A stretch of DNA of 16,198 nucleotides from Armatimonadota bacterium (lineage in GTDB: Bacteria > Sysuimicrobiota > Sysuimicrobiia > Sysuimicrobiales > Humicultoraceae): assembly GCA_037443365.1 (NCBI GenBank), contig JBBIOM010000039.1, positions 1 to 16,198 of the forward strand, given 5' to 3'. This document shows, piece after piece, positions 1 through 9,180 of this stretch (positions are counted from its first letter, which is position 1; each line of letters begins with the position of its first letter). Under the pieces are notes generated by a model. That model was not told where the DNA came from and did not search any database. It saw only the letters and a program-made list of their open reading frames with translations. The position numbers and the translations under genes are program-made.

Positions 1-1
1 G

Positions 2-817
2 TCGGCCCGGGAGCTCCTGCCGCGCAGCACCAGGCGGCGCCGCGTCCTGCACGCAGGCGGCCAGGGCCTGCCGGGTCTGCTCGAGATCCTCGCGGGTCGC
101 AAGCTCCAAGACCCAGGTATGCTGCCCCGCGGCCAGCAGCGCGTCGAGCGTCGGGCCGTGCTGTGCCGCGTCCTCCAGGGGGAGGTGCTGGCCCTCGGGC
201 GTCTCCAGGGCGTAGACGTGCACGTTGGCCACGCGCGGCGCAACCACGGCGTAGAAGGCCTCAAGTGCCCTGCCCTCCCGCACAAACGCGCTGGCTGCAG
301 CGTGCCCGAGATCGAACGTGATCGCGCACCCGGCCGCCTCAGCCATGGCCACCAGACGCCCGGGATCGCTGGTCCACCCGGCCTTGAGATTCTCCAGGCA
401 GAGCGTGATCCCGCGCTCCCTTGCTGCCTCGGTGGCCTGACGCAGGTGCTCAATCGTGCGCTCCCATACAAGCAGTTCCATCGGGATCGTGCGCGAGCCG
501 ACGTGCACTGTCAGTATCGTGGGCGCCGCCTCGGCGAGGAGGTCGATGTACATCAACAAGTAGCGTAGCGACGCGTCCGCGATGCCATGGTCGCGGTGCC
601 CCAACTCCACGTCCGCGGCGGGCGCGTGGAAGCGCGCGCCCAGCCCGTCCCCGCGCATGCGCCCGAGCATCCTCGCCCTGGCAGAGGGCGCGATGGGCAG
701 GCGTAGCAGGTCGAGATACCACTCGACGCCCACGTAGGCGTGCTCGCGGGCGTACGCCGCGACCTCTCCCGGCGCCTGCCGGAACGCGGACGATGAGAGG
801 AGAAGATCCGCCTTCAT
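2..817 (-). CDS. Sugar phosphate isomerase/epimerase family (xylose isomerase-like TIM barrel, AP_endonuc_2) protein; 3' end lies outside the window
   Basis: Absent from the ORF track because there is no stop in the window; translated by hand from the ATG at 817: MKADLLLSSSAFRQAPGEVAAYAREHAYVGVEWYLD...RFHAP...LTVHVG...GITLCLENL...ITFDLGHA...VANVHVY...WVLEL. It has the family's E / DxGH / H / E metal-ligand pattern and starts 10 nt after the permease stop. Confidence 0.85.
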   Translation of the reverse strand, partial: MKADLLLSSSAFRQAPGEVAAYAREHAYVGVEWYLDLLRLPIAPSARARMLGRMRGDGLGARFHAPAADVELGHRDHGIADASLRYLLMYIDLLAEAAPTILTVHVGSRTIPMELLVWERTIEHLRQATEAARERGITLCLENLKAGWTSDPGRLVAMAEAAGCAITFDLGHAAASAFVREGRALEAFYAVVAPRVANVHVYALETPEGQHLPLEDAAQHGPTLDALLAAGQHTWVLELATREDLEQTRQALAACVQDAAPPGAARQELPGR

Positions 818-827
818 GCGCTTCTAC

Positions 828-2525
828 CTATCCCAAAGCCGAGGTCAGGTTCCTGCCCGAGAGACGGTTGGCGGCGTAGACGGTCACCAGGACCGCCAGC
901 ACCAGCAGGGCGCCCAGGGCCGAGGCCGGTCCTGTCTGGTCGTAGCTGATGAACTCGAAGATCTTCACCGAGATCGTCTTCCACCGGGCCGAGTACAGCA
1001 GCAGCGTGGTGGTCAGTTCCCCGAGCAGCGTGGCGAACGTGATGACAGCCCCGGCGGCGACCGCGGGAGTGATCAACGGGAGCGTTACTCGACGGAAGGT
1101 CGCCCCCTGGCTGGCGCCGCAGACGAGCGACGCCTCCTCGAGCGCGATGTCGGTCTGTGTGAGCGAGGCGTACGCCGACCGGAAAGTGTAGGGCAGACGC
1201 CGGATGAAGTAGGCGATCAAGAGGATCGTGCCGGTGCCGGCGAGCTCGAAGGGAGGGATGATGAACGCCGAAAGGATCGCCACGCCCACCATGATGCCCG
1301 GGAGCACGAACGGGAGCATGATCGTGACATCCATCAGCCACCTGCCCGGAATCCGCTTGCGCGCCGCCGTGTGTGCCATCAGCGACCCGGCCACGATGCA
1401 GATCGCGGTCGTCCCGACGGCCAGCACCAGGCTGTTACGTACCGCGTCCATCGAGAGGGTGAACGCCTTCCTGTAGTTGACGAGCGAGTAGATGGTGGGC
1501 AGGGGCGTGCCGGCCCACCGCTCGGCGAACGACGCCAGCAGCACGGTGAGGTGCGGCAACAGCGAGACCCCGATCACAAAGGCGGCGAAGCCGAAGCCCA
1601 GCCATCGGGCCGCGGGCCGGCTGGCCTGCGCCACCTGGCGCGCCTGGGAGGTGATCGTGACGAACCCGCCCCTGCCGGTGACGTACCGCAGCGCCAGCAG
1701 CGACCCGATGGAGAACAGGGTGCTCACAAGCGCGATCGCCCCGGCGCCGTGCATGTTGTAGGAGCCGGTGACCTCGAAGTAGATCAGGGTGGGCAGGACG
1801 TAGAACTCCCCGCCCAGCAGCGCCGGGACCCCGAAGTTGCCGATCGCGCGCATGAACACGATGATCGCCCCGGCGCCGATTGTGGGCAGCACCAGCGGAA
1901 GCGTGACCGTCAGGATCCGGCGCAGCGGCGAGGCGCCCAGCGTCAGCGCGCTCTCCTCCACGTGCGGGTCCGCGGAGGAGAGGGCCCCGAGCAGCGGCAG
2001 CAGGACGAACGGGTAGTAGGAGAGCGACATCGTCACGATGACCCCGAACGGCCCGATGATGCTCGGCAGATGGATCCCAAGGCCGTCCCGGATCAGCGAG
2101 GTCAGCGCGCCCTGGCGGCCCAGGAGGAGTATCCAGGAGTAGGCGCCCACGAAGGGCGGGAGGATCAGCGGCAGGGTCGCCAGCGAGATGAGCGCCTCCC
2201 GGAAGGGCACCCTGACGCGGGCCAGGACGTATGCGAGCGGAACCCCCAACACGAGGCTTGCCAGCACGGTCATGCCGCTGGCCACCAGCGAGTTGACTAG
2301 GGCCTTCTGGTAGAGGCCGCTGGTGAAGAAGCGCGAGAAGTTGGCCAGGGTGAGGTGAGCCAGCGAGGTCGGATCGCCCGGCTTGATGAAGCTCTGCAGC
2401 AGCACGCGCGACAGCGGGTAGGCGACAAGCAATCCCAGGATGCCCGCCACCATCACGAGGACCAGGGCGGTGCCGGGATCAAAGGCGCGGCCCGGCCGCG
2501 CCCGCTGCGCAGCGACCGTCTCCAT
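828..2525 (-). CDS. ABC transporter permease, fused double-domain FbpB/AfuB/ThiP type
   Basis: 565 aa hydrophobic protein with two EAA loops (DPHVEESALTLGAS; DIALEEASLVCGAS). Its ATG overlaps the ATPase TGA at 2525. Confidence 0.93.
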   Translation of the reverse strand: METVAAQRARPGRAFDPGTALVLVMVAGILGLLVAYPLSRVLLQSFIKPGDPTSLAHLTLANFSRFFTSGLYQKALVNSLVASGMTVLASLVLGVPLAYVLARVRVPFREALISLATLPLILPPFVGAYSWILLLGRQGALTSLIRDGLGIHLPSIIGPFGVIVTMSLSYYPFVLLPLLGALSSADPHVEESALTLGASPLRRILTVTLPLVLPTIGAGAIIVFMRAIGNFGVPALLGGEFYVLPTLIYFEVTGSYNMHGAGAIALVSTLFSIGSLLALRYVTGRGGFVTITSQARQVAQASRPAARWLGFGFAAFVIGVSLLPHLTVLLASFAERWAGTPLPTIYSLVNYRKAFTLSMDAVRNSLVLAVGTTAICIVAGSLMAHTAARKRIPGRWLMDVTIMLPFVLPGIMVGVAILSAFIIPPFELAGTGTILLIAYFIRRLPYTFRSAYASLTQTDIALEEASLVCGASQGATFRRVTLPLITPAVAAGAVITFATLLGELTTTLLLYSARWKTISVKIFEFISYDQTGPASALGALLVLAVLVTVYAANRLSGRNLTSALG

Positions 2526-3628
2526 CAGCGCGTGCCCTTCGGGAACACCTGTGCCTGCTCAGGCGTCAGGGTGACCAAGACCTCCTCGCCGGCCCGCCGT
2601 ATGCCGCCTGTCGGCGGCACGTCGGCCAGCACCGTCTTGTCTCCCTCCCCCGTCAGGGTGTAGCGGACCAGGCTGCCCAGGTACTCGGCATCGCGGATGC
2701 GCGCCGGCAGACCATCGGCGCCCGTGCGCGCGTCCGCGATCGCCGCGCGCTCAGGTCGGAAGAACAGCAGACCGTCGGCGCCTTCAGGGATGCGGGAGGA
2801 GCCCGCCGCCGTCCTGGCGCGCAGGCGTGCGCTGCCGCAACGGATGACGCATTCATCGCCGTCGTGACCCAGGACCGTGCACTCGAGGAAGTTCGCCTTG
2901 CCCACGAAGTCGGCGACGAAGGTGGAGGTGGGCCTCTCGTAGATCTCGGAGGGCGTGCCCACCTGCTCGATGCGCCCGGCAGCCATGACCGCGATGCGGT
3001 CGGAGATCGAGAGCGCCTCCTCCTGGTCGTGCGTGACGTAGACCGCGCACGTCCCGGCCTGCCGCTGGATGCGCTTGACCTCCCCGCGCATGTAGACGCG
3101 GAGCTTGGCGTCCAGGTTCGAGAGCGGCTCGTCCAGCAACAGCAGCTTGGGGTGGTAGACCAGCGCCCGGGCGAGCGCCACGCGCTGCTGCTGCCCGCCC
3201 GAGAGCTGGGCGGGCCGCCGGGCCCGCGTCCCGGCCAGCCCCACGAGCTCGAGCGCCTCCTCCACCCGCCGCGCGACCTCGACCCGGGCCAGGCGCCGCA
3301 CGCGCAGCCCGTAGGCCACATTCTCGAAGACGCTCATGTGGGGGAAGAGCGCGTAACTCTGGAACACCATGCCGATGCTGCGCCGGAAGGGTGGCAGCGG
3401 CGTCCAGTCGGCCCCCTCGAAGACGATCCGGCCGGCGTCCGGATGCTCCAGGCCGGCTACCAGGCGCAGCGTGGTGGTCTTGCCGCAGCCGCTGGGTCCG
3501 AGCAGCGTGAACAGCTCGCCGTCCGAAACCTCGAACCCGACGTCGTCGGCGGCGACCACCTGCGCCGGGCCTTCGCCGAAGACCTTGCGGACCCCCTCGA
3601 CCCCCAGCTTGACGGGCCGCGTGCTCAC
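2525..3628 (-). CDS. ABC transporter ATP-binding protein (PotA/FbpC/AfuC type with C-terminal TOBE region)
   Basis: Walker A GPSGCGKTT, Q-loop VFQSYALFPH, signature LSGGQQQR, Walker B LLLDEP and H-loop VTHDQ. Start reassigned to GTG 3628, which overlaps the SBP stop (GTGA). Confidence 0.95.
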   Translation of the reverse strand: MSTRPVKLGVEGVRKVFGEGPAQVVAADDVGFEVSDGELFTLLGPSGCGKTTTLRLVAGLEHPDAGRIVFEGADWTPLPPFRRSIGMVFQSYALFPHMSVFENVAYGLRVRRLARVEVARRVEEALELVGLAGTRARRPAQLSGGQQQRVALARALVYHPKLLLLDEPLSNLDAKLRVYMRGEVKRIQRQAGTCAVYVTHDQEEALSISDRIAVMAAGRIEQVGTPSEIYERPTSTFVADFVGKANFLECTVLGHDGDECVIRCGSARLRARTAAGSSRIPEGADGLLFFRPERAAIADARTGADGLPARIRDAEYLGSLVRYTLTGEGDKTVLADVPPTGGIRRAGEEVLVTLTPEQAQVFPKGTR

Positions 3629-4623
3629 CGCTTGGCCAGCATCTCGTCGAAGATGATCAGGTTGATCCCCCTGTCCTTCCCGGCCTTGACCGCGTCGTAG
3701 GGGACTAGGTTGATGGCCGAGGTCGGGGGCATGCCCTTCGGCGTCGGCACGTCGGGCCGTACGCTGCGGCGGCTCCCGGTCCGCACGTAGATGAGGTGCG
3801 CCTCGCGGCTGTTGGCGAAGTCGTAGAAGAGGCGCGCCGACGTGGGATTCGGGCATCCCTTGATCAGCCCGGTCGCGTCGAAGCGCAGCCCGGTGCCCTC
3901 GATGGGGTAGACCACGTCCACCGGGTAGCCCTTGTTCCGCAAGTCGTAGACGTTGCCCTCACCGGTCATGCCGAGGGCGAACTCGCCATCGGCGACGCCC
4001 TGATAGGCCAACCCCGACGACGGGGTGATGACCGCGTTGGCGAGCACCGCCTTCACCAGGTCCCAGCCGCCTATCTTGACGAGCTGGAACAGCTGCGCGT
4101 AGGCCGAGGCCGAGATGCGCGGGTTGGCCCAGATGATCTTGCCCTTCCACTTGGGATTGGCCAGGTCCCTCCAGCCGCGCGGGTAGTCACGGCGCGCGAC
4201 GAGCTTGGTGTTGATGATGATCACCTGTATGGGAAGGCTCATCCCGTAGTAGCGCGGCCCGCGGGCGTCCTTGTACTCCGCGGGGATGTCGGCGTCCTGG
4301 GTGCTGCGGTAGGCCTCGAGGAACTCGTAGTTGATGTCGAAGTTCTCGCTGCCGCCGCACATGCAGACGTCGCCCTGCGGCCGGGCTGCCTCGGCCCGTA
4401 CGCGCGTCCAGACCACGCCGGTGCCGGCGTATATGGACTCGACCTTGATCCTTGGGTTGCGCTTCATGAACGCGGCCGCGAGCTCTTCCCCGATCTCCGC
4501 GCCCGCCGATGAGTAGACGACCACCCGGGGTTCCTGGGCCACGGTGGCCGGGACCATCGCCGCCAGGACGGCGAAGGCCACGCACGCGCACAGCCATGCC
4601 ACTAAGAGCCGGTTCGTCCTCAT
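3625..4623 (-). CDS. Extracellular solute-binding protein, AfuA/FbpA-like (SBP_bac_6-type)
   Basis: Signal peptide MRTNRLLVAWLCACVAFAVLAAMVPATVA-Q; motifs VVVYSS, WRDLANPKWKGKI, GYPVDVVYPIEG. RBS AGGAGG precedes ATG 4623. Confidence 0.92.
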   Translation of the reverse strand: MRTNRLLVAWLCACVAFAVLAAMVPATVAQEPRVVVYSSAGAEIGEELAAAFMKRNPRIKVESIYAGTGVVWTRVRAEAARPQGDVCMCGGSENFDINYEFLEAYRSTQDADIPAEYKDARGPRYYGMSLPIQVIIINTKLVARRDYPRGWRDLANPKWKGKIIWANPRISASAYAQLFQLVKIGGWDLVKAVLANAVITPSSGLAYQGVADGEFALGMTGEGNVYDLRNKGYPVDVVYPIEGTGLRFDATGLIKGCPNPTSARLFYDFANSREAHLIYVRTGSRRSVRPDVPTPKGMPPTSAINLVPYDAVKAGKDRGINLIIFDEMLAKR

Positions 4624-4646
4624 GATCACTCCCTCCTGGTGTAGGG

Positions 4647-4673
4647 TTTCCTCAGCGCCGAGGTCCATCCTGC
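4647..4673 (-). promoter_or_regulatory. Putative sigmaH (Spo0H)-like promoter for the AfuABC-type transporter
   Basis: Minus strand reads GCAGGA-tggacctcggcgctgag (17 nt)-GAAA in the 64-bp intergenic gap. Motif and spacing match the two copies at 12836-12862 and 14966-14992. Confidence 0.55.
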
Positions 4674-4687
4674 CGCCGCGCAGGACC

Positions 4688-6001
4688 CTAGCGCGTGCGC
4701 GCGTGAAGAGCGTCGAGCAAGCGCACGGCGGCGGCATGGATCAGGCCCTCGGCCTCGGGCGCTGCCCTGCTCCAGGGCGCCAGGCGCGTCTCGTATCCGC
4801 CTTCGGCGAAGGCCGCATCCGGCGGGACGTACCCGATCCCGCCGTTCGCGTACCCGATGACGCACGTGTGAGCGAAGGGCGACCGGCTCCGCAGGCGCAG
4901 GCCTGATTCGGCGAAGAACTCGCCCGGCAGCCCGACGAGTGCAATGTCGCCGATCGCGAAGGCCGCCACCTCGACGCCTTCCGACGCCACTGCCCCCGCG
5001 CGCCCGGCGTACTGCCGCGCCCAATCCAGACCGAGCCGCGCGTACAGCAGGTCCAGGCGGGCAGCGTACAAGGTCTCCTCCGGGGCGCCAGCGGCCTCCA
5101 GTGCCTCCAGGCGATCGCGGCAGGCCTCCGCCTCCGCTAGCGCTTCCTCCGGCGAGGGGCCTGACCGGAGCGGGATGGCTACGTGCCGCCGGTCTGCTGC
5201 AAGCAGGCCGGCTTCCACCGGGCGCGAACGCTCAAGCGCGCGTTGCGCCTCGCGCGCCAGGCGCAGGCCCAGCTCCTCGGCGCGGGCAAATGTGCGGCCC
5301 GGGATCGGCAGCCCGAGCGCCGATCTGTCTGCCGGGTGTCCGACGTTGATGTCGCCGCACGCCCCGTTCGCGAACAGGACCCATCCGCCGGTGGCGCGCT
5401 CGAGGGCGTCTACTGCGAACCCCACGAGGTCGCGCGAGACCAGCAGGTTGTCAGGCCCCAGCACCGTGGGATGGCATGGGTAGTGCAGCAGGAACACCGG
5501 CGGCGCGCCGGTGCGCTGGGCCCCAAGCACGGTGACCGTGGGATCCACAGGGCCGCTGGCGCGCCTGCGATTCCTGGCCACCGTGTCCTCGCGTCCCAGT
5601 CCCAGGATAAGCGTCGCCGGCGCCAGGTCCGCCACTGCCCCGGCCGCCGCATCGGCCACCCTGTCCGCGAGCCCGTTGAGCCACGCGGGCTCGGGCGCAG
5701 GGCTGTAGAGCGCGAAGGTCGCGGGCGCGGCGTGCGTGTGCGTGGCCGCGAGCATGACCGATGCCGCTGGGATTCCAGTCCTGGCCTGTATGCGCAGGCG
5801 CGCATCCGCCACGAACCCGGCGTCGAGTTCGCACAGATCGCAGACCACCAGCGCTGCGCGCTCCCTTGCGTGCTCAAGGACGAGCGCGCGCGCGTGCAGG
5901 TCGTCGTGCACCCCGCGGGCGCGCTCCTCCCTGGCCCCGAACCCGGCCAGGAAGGCTCCGGGCGGAGGGGTGATCGTGGCGTGTGAACAACCCACGCGCA
6001 T
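4688..6001 (-). CDS. Neutral/alkaline ceramidase N-terminal domain-like metal amidohydrolase
   Basis: Family motifs HDDLHARALVL, ATHTHAAP, RNRR, VDP, YPCHPTV, NGACGDIN, LPGEFFAE, GYANG..GYVP, GGYE. Start reassigned to ATG 6001 (MRVGCSHATITPP), downstream of AGGAG. Confidence 0.82.
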   Translation of the reverse strand: MRVGCSHATITPPPGAFLAGFGAREERARGVHDDLHARALVLEHARERAALVVCDLCELDAGFVADARLRIQARTGIPAASVMLAATHTHAAPATFALYSPAPEPAWLNGLADRVADAAAGAVADLAPATLILGLGREDTVARNRRRASGPVDPTVTVLGAQRTGAPPVFLLHYPCHPTVLGPDNLLVSRDLVGFAVDALERATGGWVLFANGACGDINVGHPADRSALGLPIPGRTFARAEELGLRLAREAQRALERSRPVEAGLLAADRRHVAIPLRSGPSPEEALAEAEACRDRLEALEAAGAPEETLYAARLDLLYARLGLDWARQYAGRAGAVASEGVEVAAFAIGDIALVGLPGEFFAESGLRLRSRSPFAHTCVIGYANGGIGYVPPDAAFAEGGYETRLAPWSRAAPEAEGLIHAAAVRLLDALHARTR

Positions 6002-6014
6002 GGGGGAGGATCTC

Positions 6015-7229
6015 CTACAGGAGTTCCCTGTGGTGGCGGGCGATCTTTGCGACGGCCCGCTGGATGTCGGCAACATCCTCGTGTGTGCCCAGGAGAACGT
6101 ACTGGGGCAGCCAGATCCCTTCGTGGGCCCAGGCCCGCTCGGTGTGCGGGAGCCCGTCGCCTTCGGGGACCGTGCGCAGGGACAAGCCCCTGGCTTCGAA
6201 CGCCCGCCGGATCGCTGGCATCGTGTGCAGAGGAGGGTATCCCGCCATGGCGGGAATCCCTTCGGCGACGAGCGCCTCTATGAATCGCGACTTTGGCAGG
6301 CCTCCGAACGCCTCGGCCCTGTGCTTGAAGACGTACAGGTAGCGCGCGTGCCGGGTGACCTGCGGGGGGGCGGCGAGCGGCTCGATGCCCTCGACCTGGC
6401 AGAGGAGGGCATCGAGATGCGCGGCATTCTCGGCGCGCAGGGCGATCTGGTCGTCGAGGCGGTCTATCTGCGCAATCAGGATCGCAGCCTGGAACTCCGT
6501 CATGCGCAGGTTCCAGCCCAGGCGGTGGTGTTCATACCACTCCCCGCCCGGGATGCGCCCCACGTTCTGCAGCGACCACACCGTGTCGGCAAGCGCCGCG
6601 TTGTTGGTTACGACCGCGCCGCCCTCGCCGGCGGTGAGGATCTTGGTGGACTGGAAGCTGAAGGTCCCGAGATCGCCGATGGCGCCGACGCGCCTTCCCC
6701 GCCACTCAGCCCCGTGGGCCTGAGCCGCGTCCTCAATGATGGCGATTCCCTGTGTCCCGGCCAGCGAGGTGATGCCGTCCATGTCTGCAGGAGCACCGGC
6801 CAGGTGGACAGGGATGACCGCGCGGGTCTGTGGCGAGACCGCGCCCGCGGCGGCCTGTGCCGAGATGTTGTACGTCTGCGGGTCAATGTCCACGAAGACC
6901 GGGACCGCGCCCAGGTGCAGCACCGCGCTGGCCGTAGCGATGAACGTGTAGGCGGGAACGATCACCTCGTCCCCGGCAGCGACGCCGGCGGCGCGCAGCG
7001 CCAGCTCCAGCGCAACGGTGCCGTTCACGCAGGTGACGGCGTGGGCGGCCTGCTGGTAGGCGGCGAACCGCCGCCCGAACTCGTCGTTCAGGCGCCCGGT
7101 CGTGCGGCCCCAGTGCCCGCTGCGCAGCGCTCCCAGAAGGGCTTGCTCTTCTTCGGGGCCGAACTGCGGCCATGTGGGGAACGGTTTTGACCGCGTGGGG
7201 GTGCCGCCTAGCAGCGCGAGATCCGACAT
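6015..7229 (-). CDS. DegT/DnrJ/EryC1/StrS family PLP-dependent aminotransferase (AHBA synthase RifK / inosose aminotransferase-like subgroup)
   Basis: NGTVAL, GDEVIVPAYTFIAT, IEDAAQAHG, FSFQSTKILTAGEGG (PLP lysine), GWNLRMTEFQAA; N-terminus LALLGGTP..FPTWP. ATG 7229 lies 1 nt after the upstream TAG. Confidence 0.93.
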   Translation of the reverse strand: MSDLALLGGTPTRSKPFPTWPQFGPEEEQALLGALRSGHWGRTTGRLNDEFGRRFAAYQQAAHAVTCVNGTVALELALRAAGVAAGDEVIVPAYTFIATASAVLHLGAVPVFVDIDPQTYNISAQAAAGAVSPQTRAVIPVHLAGAPADMDGITSLAGTQGIAIIEDAAQAHGAEWRGRRVGAIGDLGTFSFQSTKILTAGEGGAVVTNNAALADTVWSLQNVGRIPGGEWYEHHRLGWNLRMTEFQAAILIAQIDRLDDQIALRAENAAHLDALLCQVEGIEPLAAPPQVTRHARYLYVFKHRAEAFGGLPKSRFIEALVAEGIPAMAGYPPLHTMPAIRRAFEARGLSLRTVPEGDGLPHTERAWAHEGIWLPQYVLLGTHEDVADIQRAVAKIARHHRELL

Positions 7230-7230
7230 G

Positions 7231-8166
7231 CTACGGGCGCTCTCCTGCGTGCTCGCCGTTGTCCAGCGTCTCGAGCATTGCGTCCCACCGGTCGAGGCAG
7301 ATTGTGCTGGCCTCGAGCCCACCTTCAGAGAAGCCCGTCCCGGCGGGCAGCCGGGCCGCGTCGGCACTCAACGTGCGGGTGACGCGGTAGTGAGTCTCGA
7401 GCGCCATGTATCCGACGTACTGCTCCTGACGCAGCCGCACGAAGATGTCGCGGTAGGGGATTTCCCCATCGCCGAGCGCCACGGCGGCAATGCTCCCGGT
7501 CTCCGGATCCCTGCGGGCGTCCTTGATGTGGACGTGCAGGATGTACGGACGCACCGCCTCATACCCGTCGGGATACGGCTGTTCGCCCACGGGATCGTAG
7601 AGCGCGTTTCCCGGATCCCACACCGCGCCGAGCGCCGGATGCTTCAAGCGTGCCAGGAGATCCGCGACCTTCTTGCAGCTGGACCCGTACACGCTGGGCT
7701 CGTTCTCCACGCCCAGCCGGCAGCCGAAGTCCAGCGCGACATCCGCGGCCTCTGCGAGATGATCCGCGATGGCAGGCGCGACTTCGCGCCAAGCCAGCAC
7801 ATCGCCGGGCAGTGCTGGCGCTCCGGGCGCGCGCGGCTTCCAGAACGTGAAGACCCGCGCGAGGCCGGTCTCCAGCTCGCAGCACACGTCCAGGCAGCGC
7901 TTCAGGGTCTCGAGATGCTCGTGCACCTGCCGATGGTCGTCCAGTTCGCACTTGAAGACCGGTGTGGCGACGGCACAGATCGCAAGCTCCGCGGTGCGGG
8001 CCATGCCCCGGAGCGCGCGAACTTCAGAACGGGAGAGTTCGTGCGGCCGCTTTTCCCAGACCGACCGGATCTCAATGCCGTCGAGACGAAACCGCCGTGC
8101 CAGCCCGATTGCGTCGGCTGGATCCTGTGAAACCTCGTCGGTGATGATTGCCCGACGGAACATCAC
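7231..8166 (-). CDS. Sugar phosphate isomerase/epimerase family (xylose isomerase-like TIM barrel) protein
   Basis: IITDEVSQD, GIEIRSVW, RVFTFW and metal ligands VENEP / WDPGN / HVHIKD / LETH. GTG 8166 overlaps the upstream TGA; ATG 8163 is an alternative start. Confidence 0.9.
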   Translation of the reverse strand: MMFRRAIITDEVSQDPADAIGLARRFRLDGIEIRSVWEKRPHELSRSEVRALRGMARTAELAICAVATPVFKCELDDHRQVHEHLETLKRCLDVCCELETGLARVFTFWKPRAPGAPALPGDVLAWREVAPAIADHLAEAADVALDFGCRLGVENEPSVYGSSCKKVADLLARLKHPALGAVWDPGNALYDPVGEQPYPDGYEAVRPYILHVHIKDARRDPETGSIAAVALGDGEIPYRDIFVRLRQEQYVGYMALETHYRVTRTLSADAARLPAGTGFSEGGLEASTICLDRWDAMLETLDNGEHAGERP

Positions 8167-9179
8167 ATCGTCACAGGCCGTCCCGACCGCGACGACTCGT
8201 AGATGGCCAGCACCGCGGCCACCGCGCGGCGTGCCTCCTCACCGCCCACCGGCGGCGGCCGGTGCTCGCGCAGGCTGTCGACAATCGCCTTGTACTGGCT
8301 GGCAAACTCCTGGGATCCGAGGGCGGTGGGCGCATTCGCGGCGCCGATGGTCGCGGCGTCGGCGGTGACCCGCTCGGGCTCACCCTGGATCTCCCACTTC
8401 ACGACGCGCGTCTCTTCGAGCACGATCGATCCGCGCTCGCCGTGGAGCGCCAGGCGCCGCGGGAAGCCCGGCGTCACCGACGTGGTGCCGGTGATGGTTG
8501 CCAGGCAGCCGTTTTCGAGATCGGCCACGGCCACCGCGGTGTCCTCGACCTCGATCTGCCGGGCCAGCGTGCGCGCGTACCCGTAGATCGTCCGGGGCGC
8601 GCCGGCCAGCCACAGCAAGAGGTCGACCCCATGGATGCCTTGGTTCATCAGCGCTCCGCCGCCGTCCATGGCCCAGGTGCCGCGCCAGCCCGCGGAGTCG
8701 TAGTACGCCTGCGACCGGAGGTACTTCATCGAGAGGTCGGCCAGCAGGAGCCGCCCCAGACGGCCGTCGGTGATCGCGCGCTTCACCTCGACCACGTCCG
8801 GCGCGAAACGAAGCTGCGAGATGACCGCCAGCGTCCGGCCGGTCCGGCGCGCGGCTTCAATGGCGGCGTCGGCCTGCGCCAGCGTGATCGCCAGCGGCTT
8901 CTCGATCACCACGTCCTTGCCAGCTTCCATCGCGGCCACCGCCATCTCGGCGTGCAGGCCGCTGGGGGCGCAGACCGCGACGGCATCAATATCCGGGCGG
9001 CGCAAGAGGGCATCCAGATCAGGTGCCCAGTCGAGGCCGCGCGCCGCGGCGAAGGCCTGCGCGCGCTCGGGTCGGCGCGACGCAACGGCTACCAGCGTCG
9101 CCCCGCCGGTCCGCCCAATCGCTTCAGCGTGAAAGGGAGCGACCGTGCCGCAGCCCACAATCGCAAAGCGGATGGGCAT
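8163..9179 (-). CDS. Gfo/Idh/MocA family NAD(P)-dependent oxidoreductase
   Basis: Rossmann IVGCGTVA, PSGLH, IEKPLA, WRGTWAMDGGGALMNQGIHGVDLL. Confidence 0.95.
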   Translation of the reverse strand: MPIRFAIVGCGTVAPFHAEAIGRTGGATLVAVASRRPERAQAFAAARGLDWAPDLDALLRRPDIDAVAVCAPSGLHAEMAVAAMEAGKDVVIEKPLAITLAQADAAIEAARRTGRTLAVISQLRFAPDVVEVKRAITDGRLGRLLLADLSMKYLRSQAYYDSAGWRGTWAMDGGGALMNQGIHGVDLLLWLAGAPRTIYGYARTLARQIEVEDTAVAVADLENGCLATITGTTSVTPGFPRRLALHGERGSIVLEETRVVKWEIQGEPERVTADAATIGAANAPTALGSQEFASQYKAIVDSLREHRPPPVGGEEARRAVAAVLAIYESSRSGRPVTM

Positions 9180-9180
9180 C

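Noticed and set aside
4650-4663. CCTCAGCGCCGAGG palindrome as a fifth LacI operator
   Set aside because: It shares only the central CAGCGC and lacks the TGACA half-site; such GC-rich dyads arise easily by chance.
6015-9179. Ansamycin/aminoglycoside biosynthetic cluster or O-antigen locus
   Set aside because: No kinase, phosphatase, aminoDAHP synthase, PKS, glycosyltransferase or flippase in the window; the context is importer plus LacI.
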